Source: the human T2T-CHM13v2.0 reference genome, Homo sapiens. From it: 64,000 bases of DNA. Position 1 is the first letter of the stretch. Each line of letters starts with the position of its first letter. The notes beneath the pieces were generated by a model that saw nothing but the letters and a program-made list of their open reading frames with translations, was not told the origin of the DNA and ran no database searches. Positions 50,180 through 63,844 of the stretch are shown here, piece after piece. Where the stretch lies: NCBI RefSeq assembly GCF_009914755.1, contig NC_060932.1. One strand, 5' to 3'. A program made the translations under genes and the position numbers.

Positions 50180-50727
50180 AGCTGCTACTGCCAGTGCTAC
50201 TGCAGCTATTACTACCTCCACTGCTACTGTGGCTGTCACTACCACCACTGCCACCACAGCTGTCACTCCACCACCGCTACCGCGGCTGTCACTGCCACCA
50301 CTGCTACTGCAGCTGTCACTACCACCACTGCCACCACAGCTGTCACTCCACCACTGCTACCGCAGCTACCGCAGCTGTCACTACCACCACTGCTACTGCA
50401 GCTGTCACTGCCACCACTGCCACCACGGCTGTCACTGCCACCACTGCCACCGCGGCTGTCACTACCACCACTGCTCCTATGGCTAGTACTACCACCACCA
50501 CTGCTACTGAAGCTATTACTACCACCACTGCTACTGCTGTTACTGCTGCTATTACACTGGCAGTGGCAATGGTAACAGTAGTACTAGGAAGAGGAGTACT
50601 AGGAATATGAATAGTGATAATTACCACTACTTGAAGTACTCCTCCTCTTCCTATTACTACTGGTAGTGCTAGTACGGCTAGTAGGGGTAGTAATCGTGGC
50701 AGTACCACTACTACTCCTAGTACTGCT
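50180..50727. repeat. Triplet-periodic (ACC/ACT/GCT) array with gctgtcactaccaccactgc submotif
   Basis: Directly visible; gives a Thr/Ala-rich pseudo-mucin ORF. Confidence 0.93.
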
Positions 50728-50929
50728 GGGTTGTAAATAGAAAACTCCCTAGAGAAAATAAGGTGGGACTGAAAAGCTTTTATTTCCTGAGCCTACCACA
50801 TCATGATGAGGGGAATGATGAATGGATGAGGGAGGAAACCTGGTATGGGTGGAACCCAGGGCACCAAAGAAGACAAATCTAGAGGCGTCGTGGCGGCAGA
50901 CCAAACAAACATATGAACACCCGCCTCAT

Positions 50930-51870
50930 TCCAGACTTGTGAAACGTTGGTAACGTGGAAGTCTTCCTGCAAGTCACAGATACATGGCAAAGCTTAAAAC
51001 CAACAGACCTTTTTAGAGAGATGCAAAATATATAAAAAAGACGTTGCAGCTTAGAAGGTGGACTGAGAAGGTTCAGCAGAGTCTAATATGAGTTTCAGAA
51101 GGAGACAAGGTAAGCTGGAGAGATGAAATATTGATGGAAATCGTGGCTCAGAACATTCAAGAACCAAAGAAAGCTGGAAGTCCTCAGCTAAAAGAAACAC
51201 AATTTGTTCCAAGCAGGATAAATGTAAACAAACTCATGACAGGACGTAGCTGAATGAAACTGCAGGATGTCAAAGAGAAAAACTGGTATCTATGAGAGGG
51301 AAGAGGTACAGGCATATTTCTAATGGGTGACAAGGTCTGCTGGGAGACAATACAGCAATAAATTCAAATTGATGAGGGAAAATCATGTTTAACCCAGAAT
51401 TCTATACCCAGCCAGACCATCACTCAAGGAGGACAAAATGAAGATTTTCAGATATAGAAGGGCTGAGAGGGATTACTTATCTCCAACCCTAGTAAGCTAT
51501 GCAGTTCGTCAAGGAGAAAAACCCAGGGTGGAGGAGACAGTAAAATTCAGGACACAAAAGGGTGCATTGATTGGTAAAGTGTATTTGTAAATATAACCCA
51601 CTGTTAACTATCTTAAAAGCACACCAGCTTTTTATGCTTTTTAAGAAAAAGTTAAAATGAAGCCCTGGGCAGTGCTTAATGATGCTCCATGATTAGCCAG
51701 AGCCTGGGATAGTCCTGACCAGGGTCAGCCAGGAGGATGGAAATTCCGAGTCACTTCATCTTTTCTGAAATAGTTAATTATGTGTGTTATAATTTTATGT
51801 AACCATGAAAACATTTGGAATATAATTCATCTCTTTAAAACCTGCCAGAGTATAAAAGGAAAAGTATCAA
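50930..51870 (+). mobile_element. Decayed L1ME/HAL1-like ORF1-region fragment
   Basis: ccaagcaggataaatgtaaacaaactc...atgaaactgcagga...tttaacccagaattctatacccagccagaccatcactcaag. Confidence 0.65.
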
Positions 51871-51892
51871 TCCATCAGACGGCGAGACAGGA

Positions 51893-52258
51893 TGTTCCAC
51901 ATGTTACCCATGTCCCCCAAGATTCGTAGGATGAAGGCCTAATCCTGTTTATGATGGTATTAGGAGGTGAGGTCTCTGGGAGGTGATCAGGTCTTGTGGG
52001 CAGAGCTCTTGTGGTGCCATCACTGCCCCTATAATAACAGACATAAGAGAGCTTTCTTCCTTTCTCTGCTCTCTGCTATGTGAGGCCACAAACAAAGGGC
52101 GGCCATCTGCAACCTAGGAAGAGAGCCCTCACCAAGACTGAATCTGCTGGTGCTTCATCTGAGACTTTGAGACTCCGGAACAGTAAGAAATAAAGGCCTG
52201 TAGTTTAAAGCCTCTCAGTCTGTGGTATTTGTTAGGGCAGCCCAAGCAGACTAAGACA
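51893..52258 (+). mobile_element. MLT1A/MSTD-like solo LTR
   Basis: tgatggtattaggaggtgaggtctctgggaggtgatcaggtc...ggtatttgttagggcagcccaagcagactaagaca; flanks cagga/gagga suggest a 5-bp TSD. Confidence 0.88.
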
Positions 52259-52433
52259 GAGGATGAAAAAAATAAAGAAAAGCAAAGGATAGTAAAGTCA
52301 ACAGAAAAGAACAGAAACAAGTCCAATATAACAGTAATAAATACAGCAACTTCAACTGTGTTAAAAAAAAACAGATAAAATGGGAATATAAATGGAGTGT
52401 ATATGTATGCATATAGAAAGTTTAAGATAAAAT

Positions 52434-52777
<344 letters not shown>

Positions 52778-52779
52778 TT

Positions 52780-54470
52780 ACTAGTCATAGCAAAACTATT
52801 CTAGCAATATTAATATCAGGTGAAACTGAATTTAAGAAAATTGATGGTTAAACTGGAGGGGTGTTTCCACCTAAGTTAGGAATAAGACATGACTGAGCAT
52901 GATCAGTGCAACAATTCAACATTTCACCAGAGGAGTTATCTATGTGATAAGAAAGGGAAAAAATATAGACAATGGAAACGGATAAAATTGTGTTTATTTG
53001 AAAATTACACAATTGTCTACTAAGAAAATTCAGAAAAATCTGAACAAATTATTAGAGCTAGGAAGAGAATTCAGCAGACCTCCTGAATGCAATGATCAAC
53101 TTATAAAAACAGAGTAGTTGAAGATAAAAAAATCATTTAAAAATGGTGTTCACATATGCCAGCAAATAGCAAATAACAAATGTAATAGAGAAAAAAATTC
53201 TCATTCACAACAGCAACAAAAACTGTGTGTTACCTAGGAATAAATGTAAAAAACATGCATAAGAATTTTTATGAAGAAAAATTACGCAATTACAAAATTT
53301 ATTGACAGACATTATACAAAATCTGAATAAATGGAGAGATTTTCTTGGATGAGTAGACTTGTCATAAATATGACAATTTGTCTCAAAATTAATTAATAAA
53401 TCCAGTGGTGTTCCAATAAAAATCCCAATAGTATTGTTGGTAAAAATTGACAAGCCAATTTCAAAGTTTATACGGAGTCATAAGGTCCAAGAATTGATTG
53501 AATAATTTTGGAGAAAATAAGTTTAAGGAGAGGGACTTACATACTAAAAGTAAAGAAGTATCATGAAAACACAGTAAATAAGCTGGGCTATGTGGGCACT
53601 GGGAATTAACAAATGGATCAATGGAACAAAAACAGAACACGGAAGAGCCCTGGAACAGAATGATGTATGTGTGGGAACCTAATGCATTACAGTGGTGGTG
53701 TTACAAATCAGGGAAGACCAGATGGATGACTTAATATGGGAACTTTCTATCAGAAAATAATTTAATTAGATTCCCTCCTTCACCCTATTCAAAGTAATGA
53801 ATTCCACATGATTAAAGACAAAAACGAGGATTTCTTTTAAAAAAGACTTTAAAACTTCTCAAAGGAATTGTAATATATTTTTGTTATAACCTAAAAAAAG
53901 AAATAATTTCTTAGACAAGACACTAAGAGAACAACACCTAAAGCAAAAGATTGATACATGTAACTACAACAAATGAAAAACTTCAGTACTCCCCTCCCAC
54001 AAAAAAAATCCATAAAGACAAAAGAAATACAACCACAGGCAAGGAGCAATTTGCAGTACATGTAGCAAAGTGCTAGTGTCCAGAATATATAAATAAGTTT
54101 TACCAATCGATAAGAAAAAAGTGAGTAACACAGTAGAAAAAATGGAGAAAGGATATGAATGTCAGCTCACAAAGAGCATTCCCAAGTGGCTAATAGGAGG
54201 GGAAGGGTGCATAAATTCACCAGCAATGAGGGAAATGAAGTTAAGCAATAAATACCACTTCACACCCAGCACAGGAGCAAAACCACCCTGTGGAAGGACA
54301 CCAAGGGCTGATGAGGATGAGGATGTGAAAGGGAGGCAGCTTGCCGCACAGCAGGAAGCAAGTCACTGTTTCAGCACCAGGGACAGCAGCCAGGCGGGCC
54401 CAGGGACAGTGAAAACCTGGGCATACCCTGTTCCAGAAATCCCACTTACATCCCTTCACACCTAGCAAGC
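52780..54470 (+). mobile_element. Decayed L1M ORF2 fragments
   Basis: A-rich; tacctaggaataaatgtaaaaaaacatgcataaga, aaattgacaagccaatttcaaagtttata, aaatggatcaatggaacaaaaacagaa. Confidence 0.8.
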
Positions 54471-55341
54471 TCTTCTCATTACAAGAATTAGATGACACCC
54501 CTTTGCTCTCCTGAAGTGAAAACCACAGGCAATATAACCTAACCAGTACAAATTATTTCAACAAAATCAATATAATGCTCTATCTATAACATAAAGTGGA
54601 AAGAAAAGGAGTCATGTATAGTAAAACAATGTGTAATTCAATATGTAAATACTCAGTCACACCTGAATGGAAGGCTCAATGAAAGTGTCAAACATTTTTC
54701 TTTTTTTTTGCAATGAGTAAGTTTGCATTGAAATATTTAGCTGAATATCGTCTATACTTTGCTTTACACATGACATTTTGACATAAGACTAAGAAAAATG
54801 CTTGCGTGTGTGTGTGTGTATAATCACTCTTAATCATTGATGGGAGTGTAGACTAATAGAGATGCATTGCACTGATGCCTATAAGAGAAGGTTATATGCT
54901 GTGTGATTCTGTGTGGGTGACATTTATAGTAAAGAAGGAGCCCCCAGGTGAACCAATGTGGCAGCATTGCTCAAATACCATGAGTACTGTCCCTTCAGTG
55001 ACATGACTATCTGAAACAGTGAATGACTCTTGATAAAGTTGTGAACAAAACACCGTTCAATCTATCTTCTGTTTACAAGATAGTTGCATTCCTAAAATAT
55101 TCAGCGTATATGTTTAGTTTGTATTAAACCCATACAAAAATATGTTTATTTACATGTCAAAGTGGTTGAAGATATTTACCTATGTGAATGCACAGATGAG
55201 ACATCTGAGGGTTGTGTGAGACATAGGACAATTCTTCATGTGCATGCTGACCCACATATCGCAAGGCGTCCAGCAAGTCTGGCCTTCCTCCCTAATTGTT
55301 ACTGCTGTGGTCCCAGGCACTGTGAAGGCAGCAGATGCTCC

Positions 55342-55752
55342 TGTCTTAGTCTATTTGCAATTGCTATCAAGAAATATCTGAGGCTGGGTAGTTTAGAAAG
55401 AAAAGAGGTTTCTTTGGTTCATGATTCTGCAGGCTACATGAGAAGCATAGTGCTGGTATCTGCTCCTGGTGAGATCTCAGGAATCTTCCCATCATGGTGG
55501 AAGGCAAAGGAGGAGCAGGAACGTCACATGGCAAAAGTGGGAGCAAGGGAAAAGGAGGCATCAAAGTCTTTCAGACAACCAGATCTCGCATGAACACAGA
55601 ATGAGAACTTGCTCCTTACTGCAAGGAGGGCACCCAGCCGTTCATGAGGGATCACCACCGTGACCCAAACACCTCCCACCAGGCCCCACCTCCAGCACTG
55701 GGGTCACATTTCAGCGTAAGATTTGGAGGGGACAAGCATCCACACTATGTCA
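55342..55752 (-). mobile_element. MST (A/B-like) solo LTR
   Basis: tgtcttagtctatttg...ctgaggctgggtagttta...cccaaacacctcccaccaggccccacctccagcactgggg...atccacactatgtca; flanks gctcc/actcc. Confidence 0.92.
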
Positions 55753-56029
55753 ACTCCTTTGAGTAGTAATGGCAGAGACAGCGGCACCCACCATGCACCA
55801 GTGCCCCAGGAGACCCCCTCAAGCACATGCATGGGAGCTGCACATGCAGTAGCTTAGAGTAGTGTTTCTGATGGTGAATGTTTGGGAAATAATTGCGTGT
55901 GATGGAATATCAAACAGTGTTTAAGTAAGTAAACTCAGGGCACTTTTATTGCTGGTAATGGTGGGCTTTGTGATTACCATCAACTTTTCTGCTACAACTA
56001 CCTGAAATATCAAAACAACCTCTTAAAAG

Positions 56030-57540
56030 TATTGAACAATGGACCAGAAGAGAGAGTCAAGAAATTGACCCATGCAAATGTAGCCAAGTGACTTTCACTA
56101 AGATGGAAGAGCAATTGCCTGTGCAATGGAGAAGAGGCCATCTTTTCAGCAAATGGTGCTGAAACAACCGGATACCCATATGCAAAAATTGAACCTTGGC
56201 CAATACCTCACAGAAATGAACTCCAGATGGATCACAGGCTCAAAAGTGAAAGGCAAAAGTATAAAACTTCTAGAAGAAGACATCGGAGAAAATCTTTCTA
56301 ACTTTGGATTAGGCCAGGATTAACAAGTTATGGCCAATGGGCCAGAGCCAGTCCAAGGTCTGCTTGTACATGGTTTCTGAGCTAAGAAGGACTTTGTGTT
56401 GCTAAAGCCTTATAACACACACACAGCAAAACAAAATCCAAAAATAAGCAATCAAGATAGAGATCATCTGTGGTCCACATAACTAAAATATTTATTTTCT
56501 GGCTTTCTACATAAATAGTTTGCCAACCCCTTTGTTTGATAAAGTTTTATTTGACAGAACACCAAAAACACAATACACAAAATAAAAACAAGGGTAGGAT
56601 GGATTTTATCAAAACATTTTTTGTGATTTACAAAAATACATACCGTTTTGTGGAAAATATATTTGCATCTGGGAGAAAATATTTGCAAATCATCACATAT
56701 CTGGCAAATAATGTGTATCTAGAATATATAAAGAACTCTCATAACGTAATAATAAGAAAACAAATAAACCAATACAAAGTGGGCAAGAGATATGAGCAGA
56801 CACTTTACCCAAGGAAATATACAGGTGACAAATAAGCAGATGCAAATATCCCTTAGATACATGACAATAACAAGTGCTGGCAGGGATGTAGAGCAACAGG
56901 GAGTCTCACACACTGCTGGTGGGAATGCAAAATGGTACACCAGCAACTTCTGAGAAACAGTTTGGCATTTCCCTAAAAAGTCAAACATGCACTTAGCATA
57001 TGGCTCAGCAATCCCACTCCTAGGTATTTTCCCAAGAGAAATGAAAACCTATATTCACACTAAAACCTGCATGTAAATGTTTATGGCAGTCACCAAAATC
57101 TGGAACCCACCCAAATATTCTCCAACAGGTGACAGGATAAACACACAATGCTCCAACCATACCCTGGAATACTCCACAGCAATATAAAGGCGGAAGCTAT
57201 TGCTGCACAAAAGTACAGATGAATCTCAAAGGTGTGATGCCGAATGAAGAAGGCAGCCCCGGGTGCTGCACACTCCTCGATTCCATTTATAGGACGTTCT
57301 CGGAAAAGCAAAACTACAGGGATGGAGCAGAGATCAGGGGTTGCTGGGTGTTGGGGGTGGGAGAAGGATTGACCACAAAAAGTCAGGACCAGGGAATTTT
57401 GGGCAATCTTCTGTTTGAAACTCTTCTGTTTCTGAATTGTGGTGGTGGGCACATGACTCTGAGGGTTTGCCAAAGCCCCTTCAATTATAGACCACAAGGA
57501 GTGAATGTAACTGTATGTAAATTTAAAATAAAATTAAATA
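56030..57540 (+). mobile_element. L1MB/ME-type 3' region, interrupted by MER58
   Basis: cttttcagcaaatggtgctgaaacaaccggatacccatatgc; tgctggtgggaatgcaaaatggtac; agcaatcccactcctaggtatt; 3' UTR ending aaaataaaattaaa. Confidence 0.88.
56320..56531. mobile_element. MER58-like (hAT-Charlie) MITE
   Basis: atggccaatgggccagagccag...gagctaagaagg...ctggctttctacataaatagtttgccaacccct. Confidence 0.75.
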
Positions 57541-57798
57541 TGCAAACACAAGTGCAGATGTTCAAATATTTGACTGGTCAATTCAACTTAGAGGAATATA
57601 GAATCATAGAAATCTGAAAGAGAAAGATGCACAGATAAACATATATGGATGTTCACAGCAAAAGTTTAAAATAAATCTAAGAGGCAGGGTTCTGTTTGAA
57701 TAAATTCGAGGATAGCTACAAGATCTTAATGAACTCTGTGTAATGAAGGATATAGATAAATTTCAAAAGCAATATTTGAGTGAAAACAAGTAAGGCAT

Positions 57799-57929
57799 GG
57801 CTGGTGCAGTGACTCATGCCTGTAATCCCAGCACTTTGGCAAGCTGAGGTGGGTGGATTGCTTGAGTCCAGGAGTTCGAGACCAGCCTGGGCAAGAAAGC
57901 AAGATATTATCTCTATTTTTTAAAAAAAA
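57799..57929 (+). mobile_element. Alu left monomer (FLAM_C/AluJ-like)
   Basis: ggctggtgcagtgactcatgcctgtaatcccagcac...ttgagtccaggagttcgagaccagcctgggcaa, then A-run; no right arm. Confidence 0.88.
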
Positions 57930-58279
57930 GCAAGTTGTGCAATATATACAACAGGAGAGCATGTTAATTAGTATAGCTTTATAGTCTTGATTTGTAAATC
58001 ACTCTTACGTAATTTTTAACCGCCTCTCCCGCCCCCCACCAAGGCAACTCCATGTATCCCTCACTGACGTGAGTTTACTGGTGTAAATACAAAGACAAGC
58101 ACCAGAAGTTCATCCTAAAATGAAGATAGTAAGTTTTCTCCAACCCTGAGGAAAAAAAAAAAGGAGACTTCATCAGAATTGTTAATGTCCCTTACACTTA
58201 AGAGATCTGAGGCAAAAATGACAAAACGTTAATTTGGGTGGGTAGATATAGGTGCTTGTTTTCAACTTACTGCAAACAA

Positions 58280-58870
58280 TTTTTTAAAAGATGCCGCATC
58301 AGTTAGCCCCCAGTTCCCTTCCTGTGGATCCAGAGTGGGTTTTCCCTGGGTCTCTGGGCTCCAAGCCTGCCCTTCCATGCCCTGTTCTATGGCTCTGGGG
58401 CTGGGACTCGGGCAAACCATATTCCCCAGCCACCCTCACCATCTGGCTTCTCTATTTCTGCCAGTGGGAAACAGGAGGGCAGTAGTGGGGGAAAGTGCTT
58501 CATTGCCATGCTCCAGGTCTCGTCTGTGAGACCTCAGCACTTACCAGGCAGTTGGCTTCAGCCTCCAGCTCCTCCCCACCCCCTCAGAGGAGCCAGCAGA
58601 TCCAGGAGCTGAGACTCCCCTGGGAGATTCCCAACACCAGCCCCACAGGGTGCTCCTCTGAGCTCCCAGGTATGGTAAACACTCCCAGCTCTAGGGAACT
58701 GTGCTGCTTTCTGCAGTGACTGTGATGTGAGTCACCTCACTGTCTGTACCTGCCAATGCCCAGCCAACCAATCCCAGGGTTAGCTTCCCTTCAGATTCCT
58801 ATGTGCAAATCCTGGCTGAGGCCCAGTCCACAACTTCTTCTGCAGACTCTCACTTAGTTCCCACACTTTT
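58280..58870. mobile_element. Possible old ERVL LTR (LTR33/LTR16-like)
   Basis: ctgtt-ctatggctctggggctgggactcgggcaaaccatattccccagcc...ttctgccagtggga resembles the recalled LTR33; weak. Confidence 0.4.
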
Positions 58871-59124
58871 GCTTAATCTGCCCCTCCTGGCTTCAGTGAG
58901 CCCAACACCTTCCCTGCAAACCCAGATTCAGCTCACTGTCTTCTCTGAGCCTCTCCTGGACCTGATGCTTCACAGAACCACACACTTTAATATCTACAAA
59001 ATCCAGTTTAGCAAAAATGTATTTACCTGGGCATAGCAACATAGCAAGATTGGTGGGGGCACAAAGGGGAGCCCAGTAGTCCTTACCTCCCGGGAATGTG
59101 AGACCCATTATGAAGACAGGCACA

Positions 59125-59428
59125 GGCTGGGCATGGTGGCTCACGCCTGTAATCCCAGCACTTTGGGAGGCCAAGGCGGGTGGATCACCTGAGGTCAAGA
59201 GTTCGAGACCAGCCTGGCCAACATGGCGAAACCCTGCCTCTACTAAAAATACAAAAATAATTAGCTGGGCATGGTGGCGGGCGCCTGTAATCCCAGCTGC
59301 CTCGGGAGGCTGAGGCAGGACAATTGCTTGAACCCAGGAGTTGGAGGTTGTAGTGAGCCAAGATCATGCCACTGCACTCCAGCCTGGGGGACAGAGTGGT
59401 ACCCCATCTTGGAAAAAAAAAAAAAAAA
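59125..59428 (+). mobile_element. AluS with 12-bp TSD
   Basis: TSD aagacaggcaca at 59113-59124 and 59427-59438. Confidence 0.97.
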
Positions 59429-60409
59429 GACAGGCACAAAAACAAACAGCGTGAATCTATCTGATATGCATATGAAATGAAGGATACCTAGTCCAACGGA
59501 GTGCAGAAGTGCCTTTCTGCTACCTCTGATGGAAAAGCTCCAAGGTAATCCAGAGAGGGTTTGCTGGGCCTCTGAAGCTGAGGCCAGGCCCCTGCAGTAG
59601 GAAGAGTCTGGGGGCCAGGCCAGGGTGCGGGAACAACACGCGAAAAGGCACAGAGAGACACAGCCAACCTGAAGAATGGGGGCGCAGGGCAAATGGCGGG
59701 GAGAGGTTGGCTACTGGGTCCCTGCCACTGGGACTGGCCATGGTCTGTGCTGATGGGGAGGCACTAAAGAACCCTGAGCAGGGCTCCCAGAGATGATGAA
59801 GGTTGAAAGTGCCCCCTACGCTATTAAGTGCCATGCTCAGGGGTGGTTTTATGACCAAGGAAATGATGGGAACCTGTGAAGACTCCTTGTGCAATCTCTT
59901 GAGTTAACATGTTGACTTCTTGGGAAACAGGGGACCCATTAACAAGATCAGTCTCATGACACCTCCCCAGCTATCAACCCGACATTGATTTATCACCAAG
60001 TCCTGAGCCCTTCACCTTCTAAATTGCTTTAAACCACTTATACTTCTCTCTGTCCCCCACCCACCCCTACAGCTGAGCCATAATTGCTTTTGACCTTGGC
60101 TACTGCAATGGCCTCGGAACTGGTGTAGTCTCTGCCACCCGCCCTCCCACCCTTATCTTGTTGCATTGGGATAAAGACTGAGACCTTATTGTCGTCTCTG
60201 ATGGTGGCAGTCTGGCCCCCGCCTGCCTGTGCAGCCTCCTCATCCTCCACACTCTACCTGCTTTGGACCTTTCCTGGCTGTCTCTCTTCTCCCTCGGATT
60301 CACGTCCAGGTCATTGCTTCAAAGCCGCCTTCCTGGGCCCTAAGGCTTTTCAGTTACTTTCTCATCAGCTGCTCCCTCAAAACACAACCTGAGAGTGTCA
60401 TTTTAACAA

Positions 60410-62645
60410 ATTCCAACACTCATTTATGATTAAAACTCTGAAAACTAAGAGTAGAGGGGAACCTTTCATTCATAAAAAAATCTATGAAAATTTTACAGCT
60501 AGCATTCATGGTGATAAAATGAAAATGAATGTTGTCTCTCTGATATCAGGAACAGGGCTGCTAGTCAGTGTGATACTAGAAGGTCAAGCAAGTGAAATAA
60601 GAAAAGGAAATAAAAGGCATACAGGTCAGAAAAGAAGAAATAAAATTGTACCTATTTGTAGGTAACACAATGGTGTTAAGGAATCTACAAAACACACACG
60701 CACAACTCCAAGTAGTAAGCATGTGTTCAGCAAGGTTGCAGTTTAAACACTAGCAATGAATATTTGGAAACAAAAATTAAAAATACCATTTACAATTGCT
60801 CCAAAAAATAAGTGAGTTTAAATTTAACAGAATATGTATAGGACTTGCATGCTGAAAACTACACAATACTGTTGAAATAAATCAAAGAAGCTCTATAGAA
60901 ATAGAGAGACATACCACGTTCAGAGATCAGAAGACTAATACTGATAACATCGGTTTTCCCCAAACTGATATACAGGTTTAATGACATTCCAATCTGTCAG
61001 ATTTTTTTAATAGATATAGACAGGACTATTTAAAAATTTATATGGAAATGCAAATAGACTGGAATAGCAACAACAATTTTGAAAAAGAATAAACTAGAAA
61101 AAATCAGTCTACTTGATTTCAAGATATATTATATAACTACAATAATCAAGACTGTGCAGTATTGCTAGAGAGAGAGAGACAGAAAGATCAATGGAACAGA
61201 GTAAAGAATCCAGAAATAGACCCTTACAAATATGTAAAAGCAATTCAGTGGAGGAAATTGGACATCCATAGGTCAAAGAAAAAAGAGAAGAAAAAGAAAA
61301 AAAAACCCTGAACCTTGCACTTTATATAAAAATTAACTAAAAATGAACCACAGATTTAAATGTAAAACTATAAAACTTTTAAAAGATAACGTAGGAAAAA
61401 AATCTCCAGGACCTAAGGTTTGATGAACTGTCCTTAGACTTGACACCAAAAGTATGAGCTATAAAATTTAAATAAAAAAGATAAATTGGACCTCAGCAAA
61501 ATTAAAAGCTTTTGTTCTGCAAAAGACCCTGTTAGGGGGATGGAAAGACAGGTTACAGACTGGAACAAAATTATTTGCAAACCACATATCTAAAAAAAGG
61601 ACTCATATCTAGGACATATAAAAAGCTCTCAAAATTCAACAGTTAAAAAATACACACAAAAAATCAATTAGAAAATGGGTAAAAAGATGGAAAAGACATT
61701 CACTGGAGAGGATGTACTGATGGCAACTAAGCACATAAGAGATGCTTGACATCACCTGCGAGAAGAGAAATGCTAATTAGGACAGCAGTAGGAAATCACT
61801 GCCCACCTAATAGAACAGCTACAATTACAGACACAATAGATCCCGTATAGGCAAACACCAAATGCTGAAGATGCCGAGAAATCAGAACACTCAGACATGT
61901 CTGGCAGGAATGTAAAGTAGTATAGATACTTTGGAATATAGTTTGGCAGTTTCTTTAAAAACAAATCAAACATTTACCATATGACCCAGCAATTGTGCTC
62001 TTGGGCATTTATCCCAGAGAAATAAAAGCTTATGTCCACATGCATACTTGGACACGATCATTTATAGCAGCTTTGTTTGCCATAGCCAGAAACTAGAAAC
62101 AACAAAAATGACCTCCCATAAGTGAGTGGGTAAACAAGCTGTGGCCCATCCGTATCATGGATTACTACTCAGGAATCAAAAGGAACAAACCTTGGATACA
62201 CACAGCAACTTGGATGGATCCCAATGGCATGCTGAGTAGAAATAAGCCAGCCTCAAAAGGTCCTATGAACTCATGAATATAGCATTCTCGAAATGACAAA
62301 ATCATAGATGGGAAACAGATTAGTGTGGTTGCCAAGGGTGAGGAACGGTGGTGGGGCCAGGTTGTGTGACCGTAAAAGGTAGCCCAACGGACCGGCTCCA
62401 TGTCTCCATGTCAGTGGTGGTTTCACAAATCTGCGTGGTATTCACACGCCACAAAGCTCAATACATCTTGCTCCAATGTCGAATCCCTGGTCTTGACAGA
62501 GAAATGTGTATCTTTATTTTGCTGTAGGTATAATTGTGTAGAATGCAGCCACAGCAGGGAACTGGGTGAACGGTACATGGGACCTCTCTGGACTATATTT
62601 GCCACTTCCTGCGAATCTGTAATGACTTCAGAATAAAATGTTTTT
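60410..62645 (+). mobile_element. L1M (MC/MB-like) ORF2 3' half and 3' UTR
   Basis: aaagatcaatggaacagagtaaagaatccagaaatagacc; atatgacccagcaattgtgctcttgggcatttatcccagagaaat; end ggtacatgggacctctctggactatatttgccacttcctgcgaatct...aataaaa. Confidence 0.9.
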
Positions 62646-62654
62646 AAAAAGTTA

Positions 62655-62966
62655 GGCTGGGTGCGGTGGCTCACCACACCTGTAATCTCAGCACTTTGGG
62701 AGGCCAAGGCGGGCAGATCGCCTGAGGTCAGGAGTTGGAGACCAGCCTGGCCAACATGGCGAAACCCTGTCTCTACCAAAAATGCAAAAAATTAGCTGGG
62801 CATGATGGCGGGAGCCTGTAATCGCAGCTACTTGTGAGGCTGAGGCAAGAGACTTGCTTGAACCCGGGAGGCGGAGGTTGCCATGAGCTGAGATAGCGCC
62901 ACTACACTCCTATACTCCAGCCTGGGTGACAGAGTGGGACTCCGTCTCAAAAAAAAAAAAAAAAAA
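62655..62966 (+). mobile_element. AluS inserted at the L1 tail; TSD aaaaagtta
   Basis: TSD at 62646-62654 and 62962-62970; full dimer. Confidence 0.96.
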
Positions 62967-63754
62967 GTTAATTCTAGAACAAATTAAAAGACACCGTACA
63001 AACAACTTATATCCAGCCCAATGGTGTGACTGTCCTCTTTCTCCTCCACCCCAACAAAGAAGGCTCTGGAGCCTATATTTTTGAGCCCTGTGGGGTCTTC
63101 ATTACTGCAGCCTGCCCAGAGGTGGGGAAAGAACCCTGTGCCTGACCCTGAAACTCAGGCTTCTCTTGCTTCTTGGTACTGCCCAGATCTGGCTGCCAGT
63201 TCCTGTCTGTGGAGGGAGGATGAAGATAATGGGGATCAAATGGGTTAATGGGTGTCAGTTCATTACTTTGCAAACAGAGAAACCCCGATACATGGCAGGT
63301 GGGATATTCTGAATGTCTATGCCTTTCCCCATTGAACTATGAGCTCCCAGAAGGCAGGGTCCATGTCATGCCGTACTGGAATCTCACGGGCAAGCCTAGG
63401 CCTCTGCAGGAAATTCAAGGACGGGTGCCTGGTAGTTAAGACAAGAGTAGGGAAGTGGGCAATGCCACTCTTTTCTCAGGGCCTGCAGAGGCCCCCACAG
63501 CACAGAGGCGAGGCCCCCCAACTCTGCACCCAGGGCCCCTGAGAATGGCAGAGTCATGGGTGGGAAGCTGGTGACAGCCACAGCCTTTCTGAGAGCTGGG
63601 AAGGGCCAGCAGGACAGCTGGAGCCTTGCCGCTGAGAGCTTCCATAATTAGAAGCAAAATCAAAGAAAAGCCCAGTCCAGTGATGGCTTCAAACAGGATT
63701 ATTTTTAAGTCATCTAATGCCAGGGCTTGTCAGATGGGGACCATGATTAGATGG

Positions 63755-63844
63755 GTGTGTGTGTGTGTGTGTGCGTGGGTGCGTGCGTGTGTGTATAAGT
63801 GTGTGTGTGCATGTGTGTACACATGTGTGTGTGCATCTGTGTGC
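63755..63844. repeat. (TG)n-type microsatellite
   Basis: gtgtgtgtgtgtgtgtgtgcgtgggtgcgtgcgtgtgtg... Confidence 0.92.

Noticed and set aside
50071-50708. Thr/Ala-rich antifreeze-glycoprotein- or mucin-like ORF
   Set aside because: Low-complexity triplet repeat open in several frames, with no gene context.
54490-55330. Possible hAT (MER20B/Charlie-like) remnant
   Set aside because: The resemblance is too weak to call without a Dfam search.
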